Positions 8,881-18,488 of a stretch of 48,777 bases of DNA are shown here, piece after piece; within the stretch, counting starts at the first letter, position 1; every line of letters begins with the position of its first letter. This DNA is from Candidatus Sigynarchaeum calidifontis (GTDB lineage Archaea > Asgardarchaeota > Lokiarchaeia > Sigyniarchaeales > Sigyniarchaeaceae). Made by a program: the position numbers and the translations under genes. Location of the stretch: positions 1 through 48,777 of the forward strand of contig JAUQYZ020000065.1 of assembly GCA_030587475.2 (NCBI GenBank), written 5' to 3'. Below the pieces are notes generated by a model, which worked only from the letters and a program-made list of their open reading frames with translations, was not told the origin of the DNA and made no database searches.

Positions 8881-11562
8881 ATGGACGTGAAAACATCCCG
8901 GCTCGTGCTCGCCATCTCGATCGCCACCGTCATCGCTTCCATCGCGACCAGCTTTTCGTGGAATGAAGTACACGCCCAGCAATCCGTCCACATCGGGTAT
9001 TGCAGCAACCTTCCAGTGAACGATGGTCGCTACCTGGCCGGGCAAATCGGCCTCGATCCAGGCTTCACGATACTGCCTCTCGCAGCCGGTGATATCTCGA
9101 ACACGACCCTGGCCAGCATCGACGTCCTCGTACTGGCGAACCAGGCGCTGAATTCAACCCAGATTTCTGACGTGGCGACCTGGGTGGCGAGTAACAATGG
9201 CTCGCTACTCGTGATCGCGGGTGAAGATGCAGCGTCGCACGAGTCCCTTCTCTTGGGACTTGGTTGTATCGACGCTGCCGCGACGGTCACGGTGAAAGTA
9301 GATGAATCGACCGCTTTCGTCTCGGACCAGTTGGATCCCTTAGTCAACAACATCGAATGGTCGACTGCCCCAGGCATCAAAGCTTGGCTGGAGCTCTCAT
9401 CGCTGGCACCGGGCACCGTGCCTGTCTTGCGGGCAAGCAGCTCGTCTGGGGCCCCGCTGTTGATCACCCGGGTGCTGGGGTCAGGCCGGGTCGCCGTGCT
9501 AGAAGCCATCTACACGAGCCAGCGGAACAAGAATTTTATGCTCTGGTCATACACGCCCTACTTCTTGTTCCGGCTGGTATCGAGCCTTGCGGGCATGGTG
9601 GACATCCCGCCCTTCGCTTCGTGGGAGCAAGCACCCGTTCCTAATACGATAGAGAAGGGCTTGATGGTGTTGCTGCTCACGGGCATCGCCGTTCTCGTCT
9701 TGTACTGCATCCTTGCCGCCAGGCGAGTCTCGAGGACACCAATCCGCACGAACATGGTCCCGCTCGCCAGGTTGGACGGGAAGCGGGTGGATCCCTCTGA
9801 AAGAGCACGTGGGAAGCCGGGGCCTGGCGGGTTTGAGAAGATCGACAAGTGGGAACGCATCGGTATGCACCGGCAAATCTCCTCGTATTTCCTCACCATG
9901 CTCACGCAATTCACCGTCAATCTACCTTGGCTCTTCTTGACGATCGGCGTGTATTCGCGATACATCCAGCCATTCCCAATGATAGCAGGAGCTACGAGCT
10001 GGATCGGCACGATCCTGGGGAACGTGTTCATCATTCTCGATATGGCGATGGGCGCATCGCTCGCAAAGTTCTTCGCCCACCACCGCGTGCACGCCCCGAT
10101 CACTGGCTTGAAGCATGCTCAGGTCTACGCGTGGTGGCAGTTCTTGACTGCCACGGGACAAGCATTTGTCATCGTGTCGCTTGCCACCTTCGTCCAACCC
10201 TCGTCGTACATCGCTGCCATCTCGTATTTCACGATCCTTGCCTCGATCACGCGGATCCCGGGATTCTTTGGCGTCGTGGGCGCAGTGCTAGACGGCATGC
10301 AGCGGTTCGACGTGAAAATCAAGGTGAACGCGATCCTCGGGACGGTCGTGAACCATTTCGTTGGCTGGGGATTCGTGCTGCTGTTCCGCGAGCTATACAA
10401 GGACGTCCCCCGGTTCGGCGAGGCCTTCGGTGCGGGAGTGGGCATGTACATTGGCGGGGTCGTCAACGGCGTGATCAACTTCGCCGTCTTCCTTGGCATC
10501 TACAGGAAGCTTGGTTACTACCCGGGCAACTTGTTCCGCCTCGACTTCGGGAAGGCGGAGTTCAAGGAAGCTTTCCTCTTCGGCTTCAAGCTCACGATCG
10601 GCAACATGTGGGTCGCCCTGGCCGGCATCATCGAGGCATTGCTCATCTCCGTGCTCGTGTTTAACTATTCGGAGGAACTCGCTTATTATAACTTGATCGG
10701 CAATCTCACGGGGCTGGGCGGCGCATGCTCGGCCATGACCTCGTCACTCTTGCCGGCCATATCGGAGGCATATAACAACGGCAAGCGGAGGCTCGTCGAG
10801 TATTACCTGATCGAGGGGCTCAAGTGGGTCTATTTTCTCCAGCTCTTCTTGTGTGCCTTATTTTGCGCCGCCGGCGAGAACTTTTTACTCTTGTCGGGCA
10901 CGCAATGGGTCGGTGCCATGAAATACTTGTATTGGAAGGTGCTCTTCTTCGCCTTTTGGCCATTCGCCTGGTGGGACGACGTGGTCTTTCAAGGCACGGG
11001 CCACAGCGGATATAACACGGCCGTGTGGTTCGTCGAACAGGGCACGCGGCTGGTGCTGATGCCGTTCACCTTGTCGGCCTTTGGATTGATGGGGCTCGTT
11101 TATGCCTACATCCCGGGGATAGCGGCGAAGAGTATCGTCTCCGTCATGATCGTCCGACGCAAGATTTGCCGCTTCAAGTGGCAATGGATGCACATGTTCC
11201 TCGCATCTGGCCTTTCTGCCTTTTTATTGTTCGGCGCTCTCCTCGGCATCGGGAGGCTCTTCCCGCGGGGCGATCCTATTGCCGGTCCAATCGTTTTTTT
11301 CGGGGGGTTCATACTCGGGCTCGTCACCCACGGGTTCTTGACGGGGCTTTTTGGCGGGTGGGACAACAACACGATGGGCGAGTTCGCTCGGGGCATTAAC
11401 ATGGTCAGGTTGACCTCGAGGGTGTTCTCGCCGCTGCGAAAAGCGGTCGAGCTTGGCTACCGGCTATCACCGTGGAAAACAAGATTCGCGGTGCAGATAT
11501 ACGCCGACGCGGAACGGGAGGCGCACGAGCTTACGCTCGAGAAGGTCGCATCACAGTCATGA
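8881..11562 (+). CDS. MOP/MATE-superfamily (Wzx/MurJ-like) flippase fused to an N-terminal extracellular alpha/beta domain
   Basis: Signal anchor, then a roughly 230-aa soluble domain (IDVLVLAN, GSLLVIAG, GSGRVAVL; GATase/ThuA-like pattern), then about 14 TM segments with flippase-like motifs (ILDMAMGASLAKF, LLPAISEAYN). Confidence 0.75.
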   Translation: MDVKTSRLVLAISIATVIASIATSFSWNEVHAQQSVHIGYCSNLPVNDGRYLAGQIGLDPGFTILPLAAGDISNTTLASIDVLVLANQALNSTQISDVATWVASNNGSLLVIAGEDAASHESLLLGLGCIDAAATVTVKVDESTAFVSDQLDPLVNNIEWSTAPGIKAWLELSSLAPGTVPVLRASSSSGAPLLITRVLGSGRVAVLEAIYTSQRNKNFMLWSYTPYFLFRLVSSLAGMVDIPPFASWEQAPVPNTIEKGLMVLLLTGIAVLVLYCILAARRVSRTPIRTNMVPLARLDGKRVDPSERARGKPGPGGFEKIDKWERIGMHRQISSYFLTMLTQFTVNLPWLFLTIGVYSRYIQPFPMIAGATSWIGTILGNVFIILDMAMGASLAKFFAHHRVHAPITGLKHAQVYAWWQFLTATGQAFVIVSLATFVQPSSYIAAISYFTILASITRIPGFFGVVGAVLDGMQRFDVKIKVNAILGTVVNHFVGWGFVLLFRELYKDVPRFGEAFGAGVGMYIGGVVNGVINFAVFLGIYRKLGYYPGNLFRLDFGKAEFKEAFLFGFKLTIGNMWVALAGIIEALLISVLVFNYSEELAYYNLIGNLTGLGGACSAMTSSLLPAISEAYNNGKRRLVEYYLIEGLKWVYFLQLFLCALFCAAGENFLLLSGTQWVGAMKYLYWKVLFFAFWPFAWWDDVVFQGTGHSGYNTAVWFVEQGTRLVLMPFTLSAFGLMGLVYAYIPGIAAKSIVSVMIVRRKICRFKWQWMHMFLASGLSAFLLFGALLGIGRLFPRGDPIAGPIVFFGGFILGLVTHGFLTGLFGGWDNNTMGEFARGINMVRLTSRVFSPLRKAVELGYRLSPWKTRFAVQIYADAEREAHELTLEKVASQS

Positions 11563-11617
11563 TCCCGCCGGCGATGGTTTTTTACAATTGCTTTACCTTC
11601 AGATCATTGCATCGACC

Positions 11618-12511
11618 ATGCTGCGCGGATACAAGCCCATCGAGATCGGGGACAAGGGGACGTTCGATAAATACTTCAAGGCATACCCGCCCGAGATATC
11701 CGAATACACGTTCACGAACTTGTACATGTGGCGGAGATATTACGAGTTCGGATGGAAAATTGCTGATGGGCACTTGTGCTTGATTTCCACAAAGGAAAAG
11801 GGCAAGATCAAGATATTCCCCCCGGTAGGTGAGCATCCGGCCAGCGTGTTACCATCAATCATCGACGACGTGAAGGCAAGCGAGTTCATCGCCGAGTGCC
11901 ATCGCGTGCCAGAAGCCTTGATGCAACAAATTCAGCAGCTGGGAATGCATGTCGAGATAGTCGACGACCGGGACAACTGGGATTACGTGTACCGGGCTGC
12001 CAGCTTGTCCACCCTCGATGGCCCTGAATACGCCGATTTCCGGAAGAAACTGAGCCGGTTCAACCGGGATCACGACGTGCAATACGGCATGCTCGATGAC
12101 ACGCTCGTCGAGGGTGTCCTTAACTTGCAAGACGACTGGTGCAATCTCCGGGGATGCCACGAATCGGAAGGCTTGTCACACGAGAACGCGGCCATCAAGG
12201 ATGCCCTCGAGCATTGGAAGCAGCTGGGCTTCTCCGGGTGCGTGATGCAAGAACAAGGCCGAATCATCGCCTACGCGCTCGGGGAATGGCTCAACCCCCG
12301 GACCATCGTATGCCATGTGGAGAAAGCAAATCCCCGGCCATCCTTTTTCGGCGCATACCAGGCCATCGCCAAGAGCTTCGCCGATCACTGCGCCATCGGG
12401 TTCGAATTCATCAACAGGGAACAAGACATTGGCGAGCCCGGCTTGCGCCGCGCCAAGGAGAGTTACAATCCCGAGCACATGGTAAAGAAATACAAGGCAA
12501 TCTTCAAGTAA
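11618..12511 (+). CDS. DUF2156 (phosphatidylglycerol lysyltransferase C-terminal-like) tandem-GNAT protein
   Basis: SEYTFTNLYMW, DRDNWDYVY, HVEKA, GAYQ and INREQDIGEPGLRRAKESYNP motifs. Confidence 0.9.
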   Translation: MLRGYKPIEIGDKGTFDKYFKAYPPEISEYTFTNLYMWRRYYEFGWKIADGHLCLISTKEKGKIKIFPPVGEHPASVLPSIIDDVKASEFIAECHRVPEALMQQIQQLGMHVEIVDDRDNWDYVYRAASLSTLDGPEYADFRKKLSRFNRDHDVQYGMLDDTLVEGVLNLQDDWCNLRGCHESEGLSHENAAIKDALEHWKQLGFSGCVMQEQGRIIAYALGEWLNPRTIVCHVEKANPRPSFFGAYQAIAKSFADHCAIGFEFINREQDIGEPGLRRAKESYNPEHMVKKYKAIFK

Positions 12512-12659
12512 TAAAAACATGTCCAGCATGATTAGGAACCACATCTGGATAAAAACATGCCTTGGTTAAGGCATAGGATCACCCTCGGCTAACATGTTAT
12601 TATAATAGATCGCCACGAATATTGTCGAATACAATAATCGGTTAAGGGTCAACAGACAA

Positions 12660-12668
12660 TTTTATATA
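12660..12668 (+). promoter_or_regulatory. Putative TATA box of the histone gene
   Basis: TTTTATATA lies about 140 nt upstream of the ATG at 12808, which would imply a long 5' leader. Confidence 0.35.
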
Positions 12669-12807
12669 GCCCTTGTACGAGAGACACTTAGTGCGTCGTA
12701 AAAAGACTATTACAAGTCGTCGATTACGAAGCCGTGCACCATAACAAGAAACACACGATTTTGATTGGAAAGACCGGAGCAAAGAAAAACCGAGCGTGAA
12801 TGAAAAA

Positions 12808-13005
12808 ATGTCTGAAGGAAAAGATGAAAAATCCCTTGTCGTTAAGAATGCTGTCGGAGAGTATATAAGAGCTAAGGATCTAAAAGTATCTTCAGATCTC
12901 TTCGATGAAGGGGGTTTAAATGGAATTTTGAAGAAGCTCCTCGATGCTGCTTGCGAGCGATGCAAGGCAAACGGCCGAAAGACCGTGATGAAGCAAGATT
13001 TGTAA
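12808..13005 (+). CDS. Short histone-fold protein (DUF1931/Bd0055-like, truncated alpha3)
   Basis: 65 aa: LVVKNAVGEYI...KVSSD...LN..LKKLLDAACERCKANGRKTVMKQDL, with the RKTVxxxDL histone-fold end. Confidence 0.85.
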   Translation: MSEGKDEKSLVVKNAVGEYIRAKDLKVSSDLFDEGGLNGILKKLLDAACERCKANGRKTVMKQDL

Positions 13006-13099
13006 GCAAGCGTTTTTACCATCATTTTTCTCCTTTTTTCAGTGTTGCATGCATTCGAGTATGACAAGTTATTGTTCATTCGACGCTTTTCATTCCAAG

Positions 13100-13846
13100 A
13101 TGACTTGCGGCGAAGAAACTCGCGAGTTCCGCGACAACACGTTCCACTTCGAATACACGATCACGCGAACTAGCCGGCGCACAATAGGCATCACGATCCG
13201 TACCGATGGTTCGATTATCGTCAGGGTACCAAGGAACGTCGTTCAGCGACAAGTGGACGACGTGCTCGCCCAAAAAAAAAGCTGGATCCAGAAAAAACTG
13301 GAATCAATGCAGGCGCGCGAGCGTTCGAGGCCGAAGCCGCCCGGGTTCAAAGAAGGTGACGTTATTCCTTACCTTGGCCAACCCCTCCGCATCGCTATCT
13401 GCAATGGATCTGGGAAAATGAGCCGCGTAGAGGCGACGGGTGCTTCTCTCGTGGTCTGTATCCAACAAGATCCGTCCAACCCTATAAAACTACAAGAACT
13501 CGTAAGGGAGGCCGTGATCGAGTGGTACAAGGCCCAGGCTCGCTCGATATTGCCACCGCGGGTGGAAGCACTCAAGGCAAGGTTACGCGTCCAACCCGCG
13601 AGGATTACCATCAAGGACCAGCGGACGAGATGGGGTAGTTGCTCCTCCAAGGGCAATGTCAATCTCAACTGGCGGCTCGTGCTATGCCCGCTCCATGTTT
13701 TGGATTACGTTATTATCCACGAGCTGTGCCACCTCAAGATTCACTCGCATTCCACGACTTTCTGGAAGCTCGTCGCGTCGCTGGTTCCTGACTACAAGGA
13801 ATGCAAGCAATGGCTCGATTCGAGCAATTACCTGCGCGATTTTTGA
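13100..13846 (+). CDS. M48-like/YgjP (DUF45) zinc metalloprotein
   Basis: RTSRRTIGITI, QRTRWGSCS, NLNWRL and DYVIIHELCH (HExxH). Start codon is uncertain. Confidence 0.9.
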   Translation: MTCGEETREFRDNTFHFEYTITRTSRRTIGITIRTDGSIIVRVPRNVVQRQVDDVLAQKKSWIQKKLESMQARERSRPKPPGFKEGDVIPYLGQPLRIAICNGSGKMSRVEATGASLVVCIQQDPSNPIKLQELVREAVIEWYKAQARSILPPRVEALKARLRVQPARITIKDQRTRWGSCSSKGNVNLNWRLVLCPLHVLDYVIIHELCHLKIHSHSTTFWKLVASLVPDYKECKQWLDSSNYLRDF

Positions 13847-13899
13847 AACTAAATCACGCCATGACGGGGTACTTCATGCAAACATTTTAAACGTTTCAG

Positions 13900-15624
13900 A
13901 TGGCATTTTCTTCAAAACGCGATCAAGTGCCGCGATCGAGCGGGGAATGTCCCTTGTACAGATCGGATATCGACGAGCCCCAAGAATGGGAAAAAGAAGA
14001 CCCGCAGAAGCGAATCGGTTACAGGATCAAGGATGCACTCTCGCGGGCGTTTCTTCGGGATATCCGGTTCAACAAGGTGCAAATAGCAAAGACCGGCCTC
14101 CGGTCGCTGATATTGACGGCCCTCGTCATTTTTTGGGCGAATGGATTGTTCCAGAGAACCCCGTTCGGGCGAAACATCAGCGATGCATGGACGTGGGCCA
14201 TCTCGATCACGGGTGGCGCCACGATCTTGTTCACGGGGATGGTGACAGACTCCCTTATCGAGAGACACGGCATCTTCGAGAAGGTTTCCATCATCGCGAT
14301 CGCGCCGATGAGCATCTTGCTCACCGTGAATGACAACGTGATAGTCATCATTGCCACGCTCGTATTGACGGTGATCACCGCTTTCCTCATCGTGTTTTTC
14401 GTCGTGGGTCTCGTGATCAACACGACGATGCTGACGCGCGCCAGGGTCATCGTGTTCATGATTATCGTCATGGCTACCTTTGCCGCGCCGGTCGCGAGCC
14501 TCATCGTTATCACGGAGACCTTCGTCGTTACCTATTTATGCGCCATCATCTTCACGGTGATTTCATTCTTCTTCTCCCGCAAGAACCCGCGGCGTTTCAC
14601 GCCCACGTTCAACCCGATCATACGCCTCCCGGGCTTCCGTGGTTTCCTCCGGGTTATCCAGAGCTCCCACGCCTTCAGGACAGCCTTTTTCCTCTTCTGT
14701 ACTGCCATCCCGCTCGCTTACCACGCGACCGCTACTATCAATGGAATGAGGAAAGCAGGGGATTTGGGGGAATGGATCACGCTCGCCGTCGTTATGATCG
14801 CGTCGCTCCCCATAATCGCCGCCGTGATCGACAACCGGGGGCGAAAACCACTCGTGTACATCATGCTCTTGCTATTGGGCATCATTTCATCGATCTATGA
14901 CCAGCCGGGATTCAACATCACGCCCATAATATATATCAAGATCGGCGTGCTTTCGTTCTCGGTAATACTTCTCGTGATCATCACGATCGTGTTTGCCGGG
15001 GACTTGTCTTCGTCCATCTCGCGAGGCCGCATCACGAGCGTCATGCTGTTCTGCGTTCTGGTCGGTTCCATCATCGGCTTCATGTCAGCTTCCTGGGTCG
15101 ATGAAAATGCCGCTGGCGATCCAACCATCCTGACGACAGTCGCGAACTCGACGGCCATGCTAAATCTCATCGGGATCTTCGTTTTCATCACGATCAGCGA
15201 GCAGCTCCAGCCAGGGACGACCCGATGGCGCGATTACCTCGTTCGCTTGCACGTTATAATGAACAATGGGCTGTCGCTGGTGTTCAAGGAATTCAAGAAA
15301 CGCAGAGACGAATCGAGCGGGGAAACGCTCGAGGACCTGGAGAGCGGGGGGCTCACCGGCCTCCAGCAGATGTTACAAGAGATCTCGAACAGCCGGAAAC
15401 GAATCCGGGTGCTCGATCATGGTGATATCTTTTTAATATTCCACTACGGTAGGGTCTCGACTGCCGTGCTTTTCGTCGAGAAAAACCTTGTCATATATAG
15501 GGAGAAACTCGCGAACTTCCATCTCCAACTTGAATACATTAATAAGGATGTCATTCAAGAAAATTTCATCAACCAAGAAGAGCTACAGCACGTCGATTGG
15601 TTGATCGAACATTATTTCTCTTGA
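13900..15624 (+). CDS. MFS-type transporter with C-terminal longin-like domain
   Basis: About 12 TM segments and MFS motif A IDNRGRK. The soluble C-terminus reads LHVIMNNG...LESGGLTGLQQMLQEI...VLDHGD...TAVLFV...YREKL. Confidence 0.75.
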   Translation: MAFSSKRDQVPRSSGECPLYRSDIDEPQEWEKEDPQKRIGYRIKDALSRAFLRDIRFNKVQIAKTGLRSLILTALVIFWANGLFQRTPFGRNISDAWTWAISITGGATILFTGMVTDSLIERHGIFEKVSIIAIAPMSILLTVNDNVIVIIATLVLTVITAFLIVFFVVGLVINTTMLTRARVIVFMIIVMATFAAPVASLIVITETFVVTYLCAIIFTVISFFFSRKNPRRFTPTFNPIIRLPGFRGFLRVIQSSHAFRTAFFLFCTAIPLAYHATATINGMRKAGDLGEWITLAVVMIASLPIIAAVIDNRGRKPLVYIMLLLLGIISSIYDQPGFNITPIIYIKIGVLSFSVILLVIITIVFAGDLSSSISRGRITSVMLFCVLVGSIIGFMSASWVDENAAGDPTILTTVANSTAMLNLIGIFVFITISEQLQPGTTRWRDYLVRLHVIMNNGLSLVFKEFKKRRDESSGETLEDLESGGLTGLQQMLQEISNSRKRIRVLDHGDIFLIFHYGRVSTAVLFVEKNLVIYREKLANFHLQLEYINKDVIQENFINQEELQHVDWLIEHYFS

Positions 15625-15697
15625 TTGCTCGTGCATGTGCCCTTGCTTTCGTCCACTTGTCGAAATTTTTAATTCCCACCGCCACCCAATAACAACC

Positions 15698-17143
15698 ATG
15701 TCCGAAAGCAAAGACGAGAAAGGTTCGGAGCTGGAAAAGAAGCTCTCCTACAAGGCTGAATTCGCGTGGTCGAAGTATTCCGACGAGCAGAAGAAGGCTG
15801 CACGCATTCTCGCGCAAGATTATCTCGTGTTCCTCAAGGAAACACACACGGAGCGCGAGCGGGTTGCATTCGCCGAGCGCCTCGCACAAGGAAAGGGATT
15901 CAAGAAGCTTGAGCTGGGAGACAAGGCAGAGCCTTTGAAACCGGGAGATAAGGTATATTACATCAACCGAGGGAAAAACATCGCCTTGTTCGTTATCGGC
16001 GAAACCCCGATGACCCAGGGACACCATTTCATCGGGGCGCACGGAGACTTCCCGAGGATCGACCTCAAGATTCACCCGCTATACGAGAAGGACGGTTTCG
16101 CCTTGTTCAAGACACACTACTACGGGGGCATCAAGAAGTACCAGTACGCAACTATCCCGCTCGTGTTGACTGGCATTGTTGTTAAAAAGGATGGAGAAAC
16201 CGTGAAAATAGACGTCGGAAGCGAGCCCGACGATCCCGTTTTTATCATCCCCGACTTGCTCATTCACCTGGCGCGCACGATCCAGGGCGATCGCAAGGCA
16301 TTCGACACGATCAAGGCCGAGGAGATGAACGCAGTAGCAGGCGCCTTGCAAATTGGTGACGAGAAAGCGAAGGACCGGTTCAAGCTCAACGTGCTTAGCA
16401 TCCTCAATGAGAAATACGGCATCACGGAGGATGACTTCCACTCGGCCGAACTTTCGCTCGTCCCGACCATCACGCCCCGCTATATCGGACTCGATAAGAG
16501 TTTAATCGGTGCTGCCGGCCAGGATGACGGCTCTTGTACCTTCCTCGCAGTCCGGGCTATCCTGGATATGCCACCAGGGTCTACACCATACACCGCGGGC
16601 GTGGGCATCTTTGACAAGGAAGAAACCGGTTCGAATGGCCCGACGGGAGCCCAGTCTTCGTGGATACGAACGGTCATCGCAGACATTGCAGCCCGGTCCG
16701 GGATGAAAGAAAGCTTGACGAACGTCCACCTTGTGTTTAGTGCAATGAAGATGATCTCGGCGGACGTGACGGCAGCGCTCGATCCGTCGTTTGGCAGCGT
16801 TCACGACCCGCAAACAGCGGCGATGGCCGGGAAGGGCGTGGTGGTGGAGAAATACAGCGGCAGCGCGGGCAAGCACGGAACTAATGATGCCACGGCCGAA
16901 TACATGGGGTACATACGACGCGTTTTTAACGATGCCAAGATCCCGTTCCAGTTTGGCACGTTAGGGCAAGTGGACGCGGGAGGCGGTGGAACGATCGCTA
17001 TGTTCTTCGCCCAAGCTTTCAACTGCGACGTGGTGGATTGCGGGGTTCCCGTGCTGAACATGCACTCGCCTTACGAGGTGACGCACATCGCGGATCTCTA
17101 CTCGGGTTATCTCGCGTACAAGGCATTCCTAATGGCAAAATAG
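15698..17143 (+). CDS. M18 family aminopeptidase
   Basis: GAHGDFPRIDLK, THYYGGIKKYQ, GQDD, DKEETGS, SADV, GGGGTI and MHSPYE motifs. Confidence 0.93.
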   Translation: MSESKDEKGSELEKKLSYKAEFAWSKYSDEQKKAARILAQDYLVFLKETHTERERVAFAERLAQGKGFKKLELGDKAEPLKPGDKVYYINRGKNIALFVIGETPMTQGHHFIGAHGDFPRIDLKIHPLYEKDGFALFKTHYYGGIKKYQYATIPLVLTGIVVKKDGETVKIDVGSEPDDPVFIIPDLLIHLARTIQGDRKAFDTIKAEEMNAVAGALQIGDEKAKDRFKLNVLSILNEKYGITEDDFHSAELSLVPTITPRYIGLDKSLIGAAGQDDGSCTFLAVRAILDMPPGSTPYTAGVGIFDKEETGSNGPTGAQSSWIRTVIADIAARSGMKESLTNVHLVFSAMKMISADVTAALDPSFGSVHDPQTAAMAGKGVVVEKYSGSAGKHGTNDATAEYMGYIRRVFNDAKIPFQFGTLGQVDAGGGGTIAMFFAQAFNCDVVDCGVPVLNMHSPYEVTHIADLYSGYLAYKAFLMAK

Positions 17144-17206
17144 GTAGGAATCACGAGTCTCCCGTTTCGATGCTTTTTTCCCGCATCCAGTTCCTTTACA
17201 CGAGAT

Positions 17207-17932
17207 TTAAAACAATCTTTTTTCGGCATTCTCGGATTCTGCTTTCTTGTCACGAACTTTCTCTATGAATTTTCCCGCCATCACGTCCTTGATGTCGCGA
17301 CCGAACAAGAATCCGCCGAAGACGAAGAAGAAACTCGCGAAGAGGACGTCGAACGCGCTGAACCGGGCGTTGAACACGAGCAAGATGGCCGCGAAGATGA
17401 ACGCCAGTCCAAACACGCTCTCGTGAACATGATAGCCCCGAACGTGAAATTCTTGCACATCAACGTTCACGGTGCCCGCAACACGTGGTAAATTCCGTGC
17501 GATGATGAAAAAAATACCAACCGTAGCGAGCTCCCACAACCAGAGTAGGGGGACGTGGAGGATGCCAAGGATCATGAAGTCGATGTAGAGCAATATGAAG
17601 GTGACAAGGAAACCTAATGAATTCTCGAGAATGACGAGTAAAATGAAAATCTTCATGGGAAATCCGGTAGTTTTCGATTTACATATCTCCTCGCACTTGT
17701 TTATGGTAACCAGCATGGGCACCGCAACCAGGAAGCAAAAAATATAAGCAAAATGAAATACAGAGAGACCCGTAAAAAAAATGCGGTTGAATACATCGTA
17801 TGGTTGTGGAAAATCCGTTTCAAAGAAGATCTCTAGTGCCCTGCCTACACCATAGGTAATTGCACTTATGAGACCAGCCACGAGCATCACGAGATAGACA
17901 AACTTGAGTTTTTTTATCCGGCTTGGATCCAT
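17207..17932 (-). CDS. Hypothetical integral membrane protein (about 6 TM)
   Basis: Hydrophobic ORF with a conserved-looking C-terminal GYHVHESVFG...GRD motif. Confidence 0.75.
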   Translation of the reverse strand: MDPSRIKKLKFVYLVMLVAGLISAITYGVGRALEIFFETDFPQPYDVFNRIFFTGLSVFHFAYIFCFLVAVPMLVTINKCEEICKSKTTGFPMKIFILLVILENSLGFLVTFILLYIDFMILGILHVPLLWLWELATVGIFFIIARNLPRVAGTVNVDVQEFHVRGYHVHESVFGLAFIFAAILLVFNARFSAFDVLFASFFFVFGGFLFGRDIKDVMAGKFIEKVRDKKAESENAEKRLF

Positions 17933-18227
17933 GATGGACAATCACCCATGTGCAAAATGCATACGGTCTTTGTACGGGATCATAAGAAGCCAAGATTTTA
18001 TGCCCGCGCGTGGTTCGCGAAAAGCCGTCGCTAGCGCATTTTTCTGTACCATGAAAAAATGCCCACGTCTAATGCTCGAGCGCGATCGATTGATTAATGG
18101 CCTAGTCCCTGGACAGACGCTTCGCAACCGAAGAGAATGAATGTGAAAATCCCCGAGGGAAAAATAAAAACGAAAGAACACGCAGTACCGGAGTACCTCG
18201 CGTGACGCTTATGCACGATGCAGGCTT

Positions 18228-18488
18228 TTAATAGCGGTCGCGGGGTGGACCACGACGACGTTCCTGGCGGGGCGCAGCCTCGGTGACCTTGACGTTCTTG
18301 GCCTCCTCGCCTTTCTGGCCTTGCTCGATCGTGAATTCGACCTTGTCGCCTTCATTCAACGTGCGGAAGGCGTCACCTTCTACCTGGATTGCCGAAAAGT
18401 GCACAAAGATGTCTTTATCGCCGCCCTCGGGGATTATGAAGCCATAACCTTTTCGAGCGTTAAACCATTTCACGGTGCCGTTTACCAT
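18228..18488 (-). CDS. cspA: Cold-shock domain protein with Arg-rich tail
   Basis: GTVKWFN, KGYGFI (RNP1), DIFVHFSAI (RNP2) and [12 protein letters not shown]. Confidence 0.95.
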   Translation of the reverse strand: MVNGTVKWFNARKGYGFIIPEGGDKDIFVHFSAIQVEGDAFRTLNEGDKVEFTIEQGQKGEEAKNVKVTEAAPRQERRRGPPRDRY

